A stretch of 64,000 nucleotides of DNA from Fimbriimonadales bacterium (GTDB lineage: Bacteria > Armatimonadota > Fimbriimonadia > Fimbriimonadales > ATM1), in contig JBGTLG010000015.1 of the NCBI GenBank assembly GCA_041744215.1, positions 32,001 through 96,000 of the forward strand. Direction: 5' to 3'. The notes below the pieces were generated by a model. The model had not been told where the DNA came from, ran no database searches, and saw only the letters and a program-made list of their open reading frames with translations. A program made the translations under genes and the position numbers. Below are positions 18,920 through 28,961 of the stretch, one piece after another (position 1 is the stretch's first letter; each line of letters starts with the position of its first letter).

Positions 18920-19507
18920 ATGAAACCACGAAACTCAACTCACGAACGCACAACCGGCGAGACCAATGTCAGAGTCTCCGTTACGCTTGACGGATCCGGC
19001 AGCGTGGAGTGCGATACAGGAATCGGCTTTCTCGATCATCTCATCTCTTCGCTCGGGAAGCACGCTAAGTTAGACCTCACAGTTAGTTGCGACGGAGACA
19101 AGCACGTGGACGATCATCACACTGCGGAAGACTGCGCGAAAGCGATCGGAGCTGCTATTGACGCGGCGCTAGGCGATCGTGCTGGCATTGGCCGTTTTGG
19201 CAGCGCGTACGCTCCTCTTGATGAGTCACTTGCTAGAGCAGTCGTGGATCTGTCAGGGCGTGGCAACTCGTTTATCACGCTTGACCTCTTACGGGATCGC
19301 CTGGGCGAGCTTTCCTGCGAAAACATTCCTCACTTCATTGCCTCGCTTGCAGCGGCGATGCGCTCGACGATCCACGTCGACGTACTTCGCGGAGAAAACG
19401 ATCATCACAAAGCAGAAGCTGCGTTCAAAGCTCTCGCGCTCGCGATTAGAACTGCCGTTCTCCGTGATGATAGCCGCGACGTGCCGAGCACGAAGGGCGT
19501 GCTATGA
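18920..19507 (+). CDS. hisB: imidazoleglycerol-phosphate dehydratase
   Basis: TGIGFLDH, DDHHTAED, PLDE, GENDHHKAEAAFKA, PSTKG. Confidence 0.97.
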   Translation: MKPRNSTHERTTGETNVRVSVTLDGSGSVECDTGIGFLDHLISSLGKHAKLDLTVSCDGDKHVDDHHTAEDCAKAIGAAIDAALGDRAGIGRFGSAYAPLDESLARAVVDLSGRGNSFITLDLLRDRLGELSCENIPHFIASLAAAMRSTIHVDVLRGENDHHKAEAAFKALALAIRTAVLRDDSRDVPSTKGVL

Positions 19508-20097
19508 ATGAAGTCGTCATAGTACCGACCGGTTCAGCCAATCTCGCGTCAGTCAGAGCAGCCTTCGCGCGGCTATCCATGGCCTCACGGTTGGCACAAT
19601 CCGCCGCAGATATTGACTCTGCAGAACGTATCGTTTTGCCCGGGGTCGGTGCGTTTGGGGCGGCGATGGAGGAGCTTAGACGCCAAGGTTGGACGCGCGC
19701 TCTGAGCTCTCGGATTGAGCAAAGGAAACCGACGTTTTGCATATGCCTTGGTCTACAGCTACTCTATGCATCAAGTGATGAGTCGCCAGGCATCGAGGGG
19801 CTTTCGATGATCAAATCATTGATCAGTCGGCTTCCCAGCACAGTTGTCGTTCCGCACATGGGCTGGAACGAAGTGAAAGTGCAAGATCGAGGCGGGCTAG
19901 TTCGGAGTGGCCACGCCTACTTCGCTAACTCTTTCCGCGCGACCGACGCACCCAACGAGTGGATTGTCAGCCGTACCGACTACGGCGGAGAAATGATAGC
20001 AGCGCTTGAGATCGGCCCCGTCGTCGCGTGCCAGTTCCACCCCGAACTGTCTGGGGAATATGGTCTCACGCTGCTGGAGGATTGGCTGGCGTGTTAG
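19504..20097 (+). CDS. hisH: imidazole glycerol phosphate synthase, glutaminase subunit
   Basis: LPGVGAF, ICLGLQ, PHMGWN, QFHPE. Confidence 0.96.
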   Translation: MNEVVIVPTGSANLASVRAAFARLSMASRLAQSAADIDSAERIVLPGVGAFGAAMEELRRQGWTRALSSRIEQRKPTFCICLGLQLLYASSDESPGIEGLSMIKSLISRLPSTVVVPHMGWNEVKVQDRGGLVRSGHAYFANSFRATDAPNEWIVSRTDYGGEMIAALEIGPVVACQFHPELSGEYGLTLLEDWLAC

Positions 20098-20846
20098 CAA
20101 CCAGAGTTATTCCCTGCCTTGACTTCCTTGACGGACGCGTTGTGAAAGGCGTGAAGTTTCAGGGCCTCCGGGACTCGGGCGAGCCCGCACCGCTCGCAAA
20201 AAGATACGAAGCAGAGGGCGCGGATGAACTCGTTATGCTCGACGTCGCGGCAACGTCGGAAGGTCGTAAGAATGCCGCTGAAACTGTTGCGAAGGTTCGA
20301 TCCGTCCTTTCGATCCCGCTGACCGTAGGCGGCGGAGTGCGCTCTGTAGATGATGCCGCGCGTTTGATGGACGCTGGTGCCGACAAACTCGCAGCGAACA
20401 CCGCCGCAGTCGAGTGCAATTCGCTCCTCTCCGAGATCGCAGGTCGATTCGGCGCCCAGTGCGCAGTCGTCGCCATTGACGCTGCGGTTCATGATGATAG
20501 GTGGGTTGTACTTACTCGCTCAGGGACCACGGTCACTGAACTTGATGCAATCGAATGGGCCGTCAAGGCAACAGAATTGGGCGCAGGGGAGATTCTGCTA
20601 ACGAGCTGGGATCGAGACGGTACACAGTCAGGTTACGACAATGAGCTGATCTACGCGGTCGCATCTCGTGTGCGAGTTCCTGTCATTGCATCGGGCGGAG
20701 CCGCGAATCCGCAGCACATGATCGAGGCAATCAGGGCAGGGGCAAGCGCAGTGCTTGCGGCCTCCATTCTCCACACCGAACAGTTCAGCGTATCTGACAT
20801 TAAGCGCGCCATGCGCGAGGCAAACATCGAGGTGCGATTGCGATGA
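20091..20846 (+). CDS. hisF: imidazole glycerol phosphate synthase, cyclase subunit
   Basis: GTG start LATRVIPCLD, VVKG, GAGEILLTS.DRDGT..GYD, IASGG. Confidence 0.96.
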   Translation: MLATRVIPCLDFLDGRVVKGVKFQGLRDSGEPAPLAKRYEAEGADELVMLDVAATSEGRKNAAETVAKVRSVLSIPLTVGGGVRSVDDAARLMDAGADKLAANTAAVECNSLLSEIAGRFGAQCAVVAIDAAVHDDRWVVLTRSGTTVTELDAIEWAVKATELGAGEILLTSWDRDGTQSGYDNELIYAVASRVRVPVIASGGAANPQHMIEAIRAGASAVLAASILHTEQFSVSDIKRAMREANIEVRLR

Positions 20847-22099
20847 TCATTCCATCCATAGACATTGTGAAAGGTAGCGCGGTTCAACTGGTCGGCGGCG
20901 TAAAGTTGGAGATCAACGCTGGAGATCCTCGACCAATCGCGTCCAAGTTTGCTCTTGCCGGGGAAATCGCAGTGGTCGATATTGATGCTGCTCTCGGCAA
21001 ACCCCCAAACACTGAAACAGTCTTGGATCTGCTCAACCTTGCAGACTGCCGCATCGGAGGAGGTCTCCGGGACATCGACACAGCGATCCGGTGGCTGGAT
21101 GCAGGCGCAACGAAAGTCGTCATTGGCACAATGGCGACGCCGGAGTTCCTTAGCGGTCTGCCCCGGGGACGGGTCATCGCCGCACTCGATGCGCGAGACG
21201 GAGAGGTTGTGGTCGAAGGATGGACGAAGAGAACTGGAAAGAAGGTACTTGATCAGATTGAGAAACTATCCCCGTACGTCAGTGGATTCCTTGTTACGCT
21301 TGTCGAACGTGAAGGCAAATTGCAAGGCTACGATCACGAGTTTGCCATTCAGATAGTGAAAGCAGCGGGCGACCGACGAGTCACGATCGCCGGCGGAGTC
21401 ACAACACCCGAAGACATCGCTGCGCTCGATCAAATCGGCGCAGATGCGCAAGTCGGAATGGCGCTCTATACAGAACAACTGTCGCTATCCGACGCGATCG
21501 TCGCGCCACTGACGAGCGACCGACCAGATGGGCTTTGGCCAACGGTCGTCGCGGATGAGGCTGGCGTTGCACTTGGCCTAGCATATTCGAGCATTGAAAG
21601 CGTTCGACAGGCTGTTGAGTCTCGGGCCGGCATCTACCACTCTCGACGCAAAGGCATATGGACCAAAGGCAGTACCAGCGGCGCCCGACAAGAGCTGCTT
21701 AGGATCGACGTCGACTGCGATCGTGATGCGCTGCGATTCACTGTAAAGCAGCATCCTCCAGGCTTTTGCCACGAAGGCACGCGCACTTGCTGGTCAGACA
21801 ACCCAGGTCTCGGCCAGCTAGATCGCACTATCGAGGACCGAATCCGAACCGCGCCAGAAGGTTCTTACACTCGCCGCCTGCTTTCTGATAGGTCGCTACT
21901 CGGCGCAAAAGTGCTTGAAGAAGCGGCGGAGCTAATCAACGCAACCTCTGCGACTGAAGCCATGGACGAGGCAGCTGATCTGCTCTACTTCGCTCTCGTG
22001 AAGGCTCGAACCCTTGGCGCAACACTCACCGACATCGAACGTGTTCTCACGAAGCGCGCCAGGAAGGTAACAAGGCGTGATGGAGGGCGCAAATTGTGA
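20843..22099 (+). CDS. hisA/hisIE: HisA - HisI - HisE fusion
   Basis: IIPSID..G..V.L and GGGLR (HisA); YHSRR..W.KG.TSG, DCDRDA and CHEG..TC (HisI); SYT..L, K..EEA.E and EAADLLY (HisE). Confidence 0.9.
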   Translation: MIIPSIDIVKGSAVQLVGGVKLEINAGDPRPIASKFALAGEIAVVDIDAALGKPPNTETVLDLLNLADCRIGGGLRDIDTAIRWLDAGATKVVIGTMATPEFLSGLPRGRVIAALDARDGEVVVEGWTKRTGKKVLDQIEKLSPYVSGFLVTLVEREGKLQGYDHEFAIQIVKAAGDRRVTIAGGVTTPEDIAALDQIGADAQVGMALYTEQLSLSDAIVAPLTSDRPDGLWPTVVADEAGVALGLAYSSIESVRQAVESRAGIYHSRRKGIWTKGSTSGARQELLRIDVDCDRDALRFTVKQHPPGFCHEGTRTCWSDNPGLGQLDRTIEDRIRTAPEGSYTRRLLSDRSLLGAKVLEEAAELINATSATEAMDEAADLLYFALVKARTLGATLTDIERVLTKRARKVTRRDGGRKL

Positions 22100-23331
22100 A
22101 GCGAGTTTCGATTACCGACATTGAGAAGATCCGCAAGCCCGCCTTCAGCACCGAAGCGCTCGCAGTCGCGTCAGCCATTGTAGAAGATGTGCATCAGCGC
22201 GGGGAAGCCGCTGTACGCGAGCACGCGGTGCGCCTTGGTGACATCTCGGAAGACGAGTCGCTGTTCGCGTGTCCGGAGGAGTTAGCTGCAGCGCAGGCAT
22301 CTCTTCCACCTGCCGACATCGAACTTCTCGAACGCACGAAATCTCGAATTCAGACATTTGCTGAGGCACAGCGAAACTGCATAGCTGACCTCTCCATTTC
22401 TATTCAGGGCGGGCACGCAGGCCACACGATCTTGCCGGTCGAAAGAGCAGGATGTTACGCGCCCGGGGGTAGATTCCCCCTGCCTTCCAGCCTCTTGATG
22501 ACAGCGGTAACCGCTCAAGTTGCGGGTGTTCAAGAGATCATCGTGGCTACACCAAAGCCCGCACCGGTCATGCTGGCCGCAGCTCGCGTAGCAGGTGTCG
22601 AACGAGTGCTCAAGATTGGCGGAGCACAAGCCATTGCTGCGCTTGCGTACGCTGCAGGCGAGATTCCGAAATGCGACGCGATTGTCGGGCCGGGAAACAG
22701 ATATGTGACTGCCGCGAAGCAACTCGTCGCTGGGTACGTCGCCATCGACATGCTCGCCGGACCTTCCGAACTCCTGGTGATAGCAGATGACGCCGCGAGC
22801 GCAGACGTATGCGCGGCAGATCTGCTCGCGCAAGCTGAACACGACGTGGATGCCGTTCCAATGCTCATATGCATGAGTGAACAATTCGCGATGAGAGTCG
22901 AGAAAGCGATCGACAAGCAGCTACGGAGCCTCCCCGCAGCAGACACCGCAAGGTCAGCCCTCGAAAACGGCTTCGTCTTCATAGTGCGAGACCAAACAGA
23001 GGCGGCGGGCGCGAGCAATCGCATCGCCCCAGAACATCTACACTTGAACCTCATCGACCCCGATCCATTCCTTTTCAAAAGCTACGGTTCCCTGTTCGTG
23101 GGAGCAAAATCTGCCGAGGTCTTCGGCGACTACGGGGCAGGTCCGAATCACACGTTGCCCACAGGTGGAACCGCGAGGTCCTTCTCAGGCCTGTCGGTCT
23201 TCAACTTTTTGCGAATGCCGACGTGGCTCGAGTTGGAAGACCCCGCCCTCATAGCTCGCGACGTGGCACGCCTCGCCCGACTCGAGTCACTTGAGGGCCA
23301 CGCAAGAGCCGCCGAGCAGCCCGAAAGATAG
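22096..23331 (+). CDS. hisD: histidinol dehydrogenase
   Basis: YAPGG, GGAQAIAALAY, GPGN.YV.AAK, IDM.AGPSE, QAEHD, APEHL, GDY.AGPNH.LPT. Confidence 0.97.
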   Translation: MKRVSITDIEKIRKPAFSTEALAVASAIVEDVHQRGEAAVREHAVRLGDISEDESLFACPEELAAAQASLPPADIELLERTKSRIQTFAEAQRNCIADLSISIQGGHAGHTILPVERAGCYAPGGRFPLPSSLLMTAVTAQVAGVQEIIVATPKPAPVMLAAARVAGVERVLKIGGAQAIAALAYAAGEIPKCDAIVGPGNRYVTAAKQLVAGYVAIDMLAGPSELLVIADDAASADVCAADLLAQAEHDVDAVPMLICMSEQFAMRVEKAIDKQLRSLPAADTARSALENGFVFIVRDQTEAAGASNRIAPEHLHLNLIDPDPFLFKSYGSLFVGAKSAEVFGDYGAGPNHTLPTGGTARSFSGLSVFNFLRMPTWLELEDPALIARDVARLARLESLEGHARAAEQPER

Positions 23332-23369
23332 GATTCCCTCTGTCAAACGTCGAATCTCCTGGCGGACGA

Positions 23370-26300
23370 ATGCGAGTCCTATCGCTCATAGCTCTCACCA
23401 CCCTCGCTCCCGCGACGATCTTCGGCGCACGGGATTACTCGTCCACGCTCAAGGACATAAGCCTGCACCGTCTTCGCGATACCATTGACAGGATCGCAGC
23501 CGAAGGCCGACTCGGTGCGCCTTCAGCTTCTACAACCCAGTTCCTGATCGGCGCAAACGGCCTCGGCAGTCTTGGACAAGTTCACAGCGAGCGTTACCCG
23601 CTCGCAATTCCCGACCCGAACGCGACGGCAACGCTCCAACTCGGAGGATCCTCTGTACAGATATTCCCTCTCTGGCCGAACGGTGCGCGAACAAACACGT
23701 GCGAAGTGAGCGGGACGCTGATGGACGCAGGTGATGGAGCCATCGAGCGATTCGACGGAATGGACGTCCGTGGCGCAATCGTATTGATGAACTTCGACAG
23801 CGGTCAGAACTGGAGGAACGCCGCAAAGCTCGGCGCGCGGGCTGTTCTATTCCCAGAACCTGAGTTCGCTACTCGCGCCGATGGTGAAGAGAAGTGGTCG
23901 ACGCTTTCCCTGAACATGCCCAGGTTTTGGATTCCAAATGAACATAAGGAGTCTGTGCGCGCGGCGATCGGTCAAAAGGTCAGTGTCTCATCCCAACAGA
24001 AGTGGAGGCAAATCACCGCTGCGAACCACTGGGTTGTGCTGCCCGGCAACGATCCTGTACTTCGAGACGAGTACATATTGGTCTCGGCATACGCCGACTC
24101 AGTCTCCGTCGTGCCCGGTCTCGCGCCAGGTGGTGAACAGGCCGCCGGAGCAGCCGCCCTTCTTGAAATTGCAAAAGCAATCCGTAAAGCTGGCACCAAG
24201 CGCAGCGTGATCTTCCTGTTAACTACGGGGCACTTCCAAGCGATGCAAGGCATCCGGCACTTCATCGAATACAGACTTCGTGACAAATGGAAAGCGACAG
24301 GTGGTCGAACGCCGCAGTTTGCATTCATGCTTGACCTAAGTAGCAAGCACACCGGAATTGCTGCAGAGGCCTTCGGCTGGTGGGTGCAGTATCGAGCAGA
24401 AAACGTTGAAAACGAGCGCGTTGTTGCTCGGTACCTCCGCGAGCGAATGCCAGATATCTCTGCCGCGATGCGTATGCCCAGCACAGAGTTGTTCGCGGAT
24501 GCGGTCAACAATCCCGACGGCCGCCACTGGAAGAACCATGTCCCCGGCAGATTCGCAGCTGAAGCTGAGATCTGCAACCTTGCTGGCCTGAATGCGATCT
24601 CATTCGTGACCGCAGAAGACGCCCGAATGCAGCAAGACTTGCCACTCGATACACCGGATAAAGTGCACATTGGAAATCTTGCTACCCAAGCGAGAACCAT
24701 CGCGTGCTTGCTGCTCCATGCCGCAAACGATCCTACAGACGAGTCCATCCGAAATGCGCCCGTCGCTCCATATCGGGGCGGGAGTCGCATGGCTCGAATG
24801 TCACTGACATCGGGCTTTGCGACGGTAACAGGGCGAGTACTCACGTTCGATCCTCGAAAATCGTTCCTTCCGGACACTTCCGTGCCAGGTGCCATTGCGA
24901 CGATGCCTGGAAGAAACAAATCCTATATGGGCGTACGAGGTTTATCCGTAGCCTTTGCGACCGGCGACAATGCGCGCTACGCCTTCTTTGGAGTTCCAAC
25001 CGTCACGAATTACCCCGTCAACCTCCGCAAGTACGTTGGCGTCCTCGCATATGCTTTCGACGCACAGGGAGACATCTCCCTTGCTGTCGATTACATGGTC
25101 CAAGCTACGAGTGCATTCTCTTCCGAGTTCATGATGACAACGTCTCACCGAGAAACACCGGTGATAGTTTTCGAATGCCGACAGATCGATTTTTACGGCC
25201 TGACAGACCCACACTCACTAAAGCCGCTTACTGGCTTTACAATCCTTGACGCACGAAACGACGCGAGGCCTCGGCAGGGATTCTACGAAGCTGACATCAC
25301 AGAGACTCGCCTCCAGAGCGCGGTCGACGATGCCCTCGTCTACTTCACCCTGCGAGAAACACGTACAAAACTACTCGCATACGGCGTAACGGGAGACGTA
25401 CGTTTTGCGTTGACGAACAGTAGCCCAGAAAACCCAATAGGAGTCGGATTCCCCGCAAGTGAAGTCGCAGGCGAAGACCATCAGCCAGGCGCACCAGTAG
25501 TCTTCCGACACTTAGAGCTTCAAGCCGCAAGGGATCTTTACGCCATCAACGAGTGGAGGCTCGCAAGCCTCCGTAAACACAACATCGTCAATGCTGGATT
25601 AGAGCGGCTTCAAGGTCTAGCGCATGAGGAGATTGGCCGCGCTGAGGATTCCCTGGCAGCCAAGGAGTATGCGGCAAGCGAGCGCAGCGCATTCGCGGCG
25701 TGGGGATTTGCTCTTCAAGCGCACCCAAAGATTCTGGCCGAGACGAAAGACGTGCTGAATGGGCTTCTGTTCTACCTCGCACTGTTGTTGCCCTTCTCCT
25801 ACTTCGCCGAAAGACTTCTCTTTAACGCCAAGAGACTTAGTCGCCAGATACTGGGCGCATCGGGTGTCTTCCTCGTTTCATTTGGCCTGCTAAGGCTGCT
25901 GCACCCCGCATTCGAACTCACCGGCCAAACGATGATGATCTTTGTCGCGTTCACGATGGGCGCACTCAGTCTCCTCGTCACGGTCTTCGTCACTGGCAAG
26001 TTTGAAAGCGGCCTCCAAGAACTCCAAGAAGCACAGGATGGATTGCACTCCCAGAAGGCGGCACGAATCGGCATCGCAATGACAGCGCTCTCGATTGGTT
26101 TAGGCAGCATGAGGCGTCGCAAAGCGCGCACGTTACTCACCTGCGCAACACTTGTACTCGTCACTTTCATTGTGCTCAGTTTTACCAGCGTAGTCTCTGA
26201 TCTGCGGTTCAACGAAGTGGAGGCTCCGGGTTCACCGAGATATGCAGGCCTGCTGCTTAGAGACAAAACGTTTGAGCAACTCGACGACACCGCTCACCGC

Positions 26301-27788
26301 CAGCTACGCGCAGAGTTTAAGAACGAAGGGTCAGTCGCCCGCAGGGTTTGGTTCTTCGGCGCAGAAGTAGGTGCGCAAAGTGTGCTTACTGTGCGCCGCG
26401 ACACTCGGCGCGTCGAGATTACTGCCGCTCTCGGAATGGACCCAGAAGAAGCACAGATACTGCGCCCTCAAGAAGCGCTCCTCGAAGGAGGTCGCTGGTT
26501 TGAACCCGGCGAACATAGATCCGCGATCCTCCCCCAATCTGTCGCAGAGCGACTTGATATCCGGGCTGCTGATGCCGGCCAGAGTTCAGTGGTGTTCGGC
26601 GGTGAAACTTACCTTGTAATCGGCATCGCCCGAGACGTCGACTTAAACAACATCGTCGACTTAGACGACGAATCAGTCCTGCCAGCCAACTTTACACAAT
26701 CGCAACAAATGCGCCAACAAGGACAAGGAGGCGACGACGCATTTCGAAAGTTTGTGCGTCTTGATGCGTCACAGCTGATCATACTTTCATCGCAAGCGTT
26801 GGTTGACCTCGGCGCAGACATTCGTTCGATAGCCGTTGGATTCTCCTCGCAGACTCAAGTAACCGCGGCGATGAATCGCATCATGCCCCGGACTGGGCTC
26901 AATCTGTACGCAAGTGCCAAAGGCGCCGATGGCCCTGAGATTCGCCGATTTAGCACCGTGGCGGCGTCCCAAAGCAGAGGCCTCGAGCTTGTGTTGATCC
27001 CTCTCCTGATGGCGGCCGTAATCGTCCTGAACACGATGATTGCGAGCGTCATTGAGAGGCGAAGAGAAATCGGGATCTTTAGTGCTGTGGGACTCGCTCC
27101 AAAGCAGATCGCTTCGTTGTTCTTGGCCGAGTCCCTCGTCTACGCAGTGATCGGATCGTTTTCGGGTTACCTCATCGCCCAGTTGTTCGCGGCCGTTTCT
27201 TCTGCGACAGGTTGGTTTTCTGGCATCAGCCTGAATTACGGAAGCCTGTCCGCAGTTCTTGCAACATTGCTCGTCGTCGCGATCGTCTTGCTGAGCGCAC
27301 TTTATCCCTCGAACATAGCAAAGAAAATCGCATCGCCATCCGGTTCCGATGATTGGTCAGTCTCATCGCCAGAGGGCGACAATTGGAAGGTACGCCTTCC
27401 GTTCACAGTTTCGAAGGCTCACGCGGGAGGGCTAGCGCAGTTTTATGGCGAGTGGTTCGCAAGCTACCAAGACCACGCCATTGGAGAGCTAGTGACGTCG
27501 GATGTCGAAAGCGGCGCAGATGGAGATGACTTTTTCTGCAGGGCTCGGTGTTGGATTGCACCCTTCGATTTGGGCGTGCAGCAGCAATTCTCCATCAGAT
27601 TTCTTCCCACCGATATGAGGGACATCTACGAAATTGTTCTCGATCTCCGTCGACTTAGCGGCGATCCGGAACATTGGGAAACCCTAAATCGTCGGTTCTT
27701 CACATCGCTGCGAAAGCAGTTCCTTATCTGGCGCACGCTCACCCCTGATCAGAAGACGCCGTACCTATCCCCGGTCCACGCTCAATAG
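23370..27788 (+). CDS. 1472-aa membrane protein: PA + M28-like domain fused to a FtsX/MacB-like permease
   Basis: Signal peptide, PA-like (GAIVLM.F, GARAVLF), M28-like (ILVSAYADS, PGGEQAAG), TM bundle, and FtsX motif NTMIASVIERRREIGIFSAVGLAP. Confidence 0.8.
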   Translation: MRVLSLIALTTLAPATIFGARDYSSTLKDISLHRLRDTIDRIAAEGRLGAPSASTTQFLIGANGLGSLGQVHSERYPLAIPDPNATATLQLGGSSVQIFPLWPNGARTNTCEVSGTLMDAGDGAIERFDGMDVRGAIVLMNFDSGQNWRNAAKLGARAVLFPEPEFATRADGEEKWSTLSLNMPRFWIPNEHKESVRAAIGQKVSVSSQQKWRQITAANHWVVLPGNDPVLRDEYILVSAYADSVSVVPGLAPGGEQAAGAAALLEIAKAIRKAGTKRSVIFLLTTGHFQAMQGIRHFIEYRLRDKWKATGGRTPQFAFMLDLSSKHTGIAAEAFGWWVQYRAENVENERVVARYLRERMPDISAAMRMPSTELFADAVNNPDGRHWKNHVPGRFAAEAEICNLAGLNAISFVTAEDARMQQDLPLDTPDKVHIGNLATQARTIACLLLHAANDPTDESIRNAPVAPYRGGSRMARMSLTSGFATVTGRVLTFDPRKSFLPDTSVPGAIATMPGRNKSYMGVRGLSVAFATGDNARYAFFGVPTVTNYPVNLRKYVGVLAYAFDAQGDISLAVDYMVQATSAFSSEFMMTTSHRETPVIVFECRQIDFYGLTDPHSLKPLTGFTILDARNDARPRQGFYEADITETRLQSAVDDALVYFTLRETRTKLLAYGVTGDVRFALTNSSPENPIGVGFPASEVAGEDHQPGAPVVFRHLELQAARDLYAINEWRLASLRKHNIVNAGLERLQGLAHEEIGRAEDSLAAKEYAASERSAFAAWGFALQAHPKILAETKDVLNGLLFYLALLLPFSYFAERLLFNAKRLSRQILGASGVFLVSFGLLRLLHPAFELTGQTMMIFVAFTMGALSLLVTVFVTGKFESGLQELQEAQDGLHSQKAARIGIAMTALSIGLGSMRRRKARTLLTCATLVLVTFIVLSFTSVVSDLRFNEVEAPGSPRYAGLLLRDKTFEQLDDTAHRQLRAEFKNEGSVARRVWFFGAEVGAQSVLTVRRDTRRVEITAALGMDPEEAQILRPQEALLEGGRWFEPGEHRSAILPQSVAERLDIRAADAGQSSVVFGGETYLVIGIARDVDLNNIVDLDDESVLPANFTQSQQMRQQGQGGDDAFRKFVRLDASQLIILSSQALVDLGADIRSIAVGFSSQTQVTAAMNRIMPRTGLNLYASAKGADGPEIRRFSTVAASQSRGLELVLIPLLMAAVIVLNTMIASVIERRREIGIFSAVGLAPKQIASLFLAESLVYAVIGSFSGYLIAQLFAAVSSATGWFSGISLNYGSLSAVLATLLVVAIVLLSALYPSNIAKKIASPSGSDDWSVSSPEGDNWKVRLPFTVSKAHAGGLAQFYGEWFASYQDHAIGELVTSDVESGADGDDFFCRARCWIAPFDLGVQQQFSIRFLPTDMRDIYEIVLDLRRLSGDPEHWETLNRRFFTSLRKQFLIWRTLTPDQKTPYLSPVHAQ

Positions 27789-28961
27789 TCGGTCGTAACA
27801 CTCAACTAGCACACGCTTTGAATAATCCCAAGCTAGCATCGACTCGACGCGCTTCCTCCCGATCTCACCCATCCGTTTCCTCCCTGCCTCATCGAGCACC
27901 AGCGCCTTCATAGCAGCGCCCATCGCCTTCGCATCATCGTTCGCGATGTAAACAGCCGCCTCGCCTGCGCTGTATCGAGACTCCTTCAGGTCGAAACTGA
28001 CAACCGGAAGCGACATTGCCATGTACTCAACGATTTTGTTCATAGTGCTGACGTCGTTTAAGGGATTCTTCGGATCCGGCGCGATCCCGAACGTGGCAGT
28101 CGATAGATACAGCTTCAACTCCTCGTCCGAAATCCTTCCCGTGAAGCTAACGTAGTCCTCAAGCCCCAACTCTTTATGCTGGGCGACAAGATCGTCATAG
28201 CTGTCCCCTGCGCCGATAAAGGCAAAAGCGGTGTCGGCCAATCCCAAATCAATCGCATGCCGAATCGCTCTAAGCGCATAATCGACTCCATCCTGAGGCC
28301 CCATCACGCCCAAATACACGCCAAGGTGCTTCCGGCCCTTCTTTAGCGACTCGTCAGGCTGGACCCGCTGAAATCGCGAAAGCAGCGGACCACTTCTAAC
28401 AACGGCTATGTCTTCTGCCCTCTTTCCTCCCCTCAACATCGCCACCTCCTTGTAACTTTCGTTGGTGGAGATTACAGCATCCGCTGTCTCGAACTGCTTA
28501 CGCTCCAGCCACAAGAGCATTCGATACAAGGCATCCTGACGGTCGTACTTTGAGACATAGAGTTCCGGACACAAGTCGTGATGGTCAAAAACAAACTTTA
28601 CGCCCCTCCGCTTGTACCCTTTCGCAATCTTCCAAAACGTATCGGGCGGATTGCACGAGTGAATCACATCAAACGGATCCTCGCACCAAATGCGTTTGGA
28701 GAGTCGCTTGGTTTGTTGATAGCAATACCAAAACTCCTGTATGAAGCTCAGCTTGCTCTTCGTCGGCTGCGGCATTGGGTATCGATAAACATGAATCCCT
28801 TCGATGATTTGGTCAGGCTCGTCACTATGCTGCGGTGGACATGGCGAGATAACGCTCACCTTGTAGCCTGCCTCAGTAAGCGCAAGCGATTCCATCCACA
28901 CTCGCCTGTCAAACGGAACCGGCAAGTTCTCAACGAGTATGAGAATATGTCCCTTTCTCAC
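27765..28961 (-). CDS. GT4 family glycosyltransferase
   Basis: ENLPVPFDRRVW, HSCNPPD, FDHHDL.PE, K.VEYMAM..PVV. Confidence 0.92.
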   Translation of the reverse strand: MRKGHILILVENLPVPFDRRVWMESLALTEAGYKVSVISPCPPQHSDEPDQIIEGIHVYRYPMPQPTKSKLSFIQEFWYCYQQTKRLSKRIWCEDPFDVIHSCNPPDTFWKIAKGYKRRGVKFVFDHHDLCPELYVSKYDRQDALYRMLLWLERKQFETADAVISTNESYKEVAMLRGGKRAEDIAVVRSGPLLSRFQRVQPDESLKKGRKHLGVYLGVMGPQDGVDYALRAIRHAIDLGLADTAFAFIGAGDSYDDLVAQHKELGLEDYVSFTGRISDEELKLYLSTATFGIAPDPKNPLNDVSTMNKIVEYMAMSLPVVSFDLKESRYSAGEAAVYIANDDAKAMGAAMKALVLDEAGRKRMGEIGRKRVESMLAWDYSKRVLVECYDRLLSVDRG

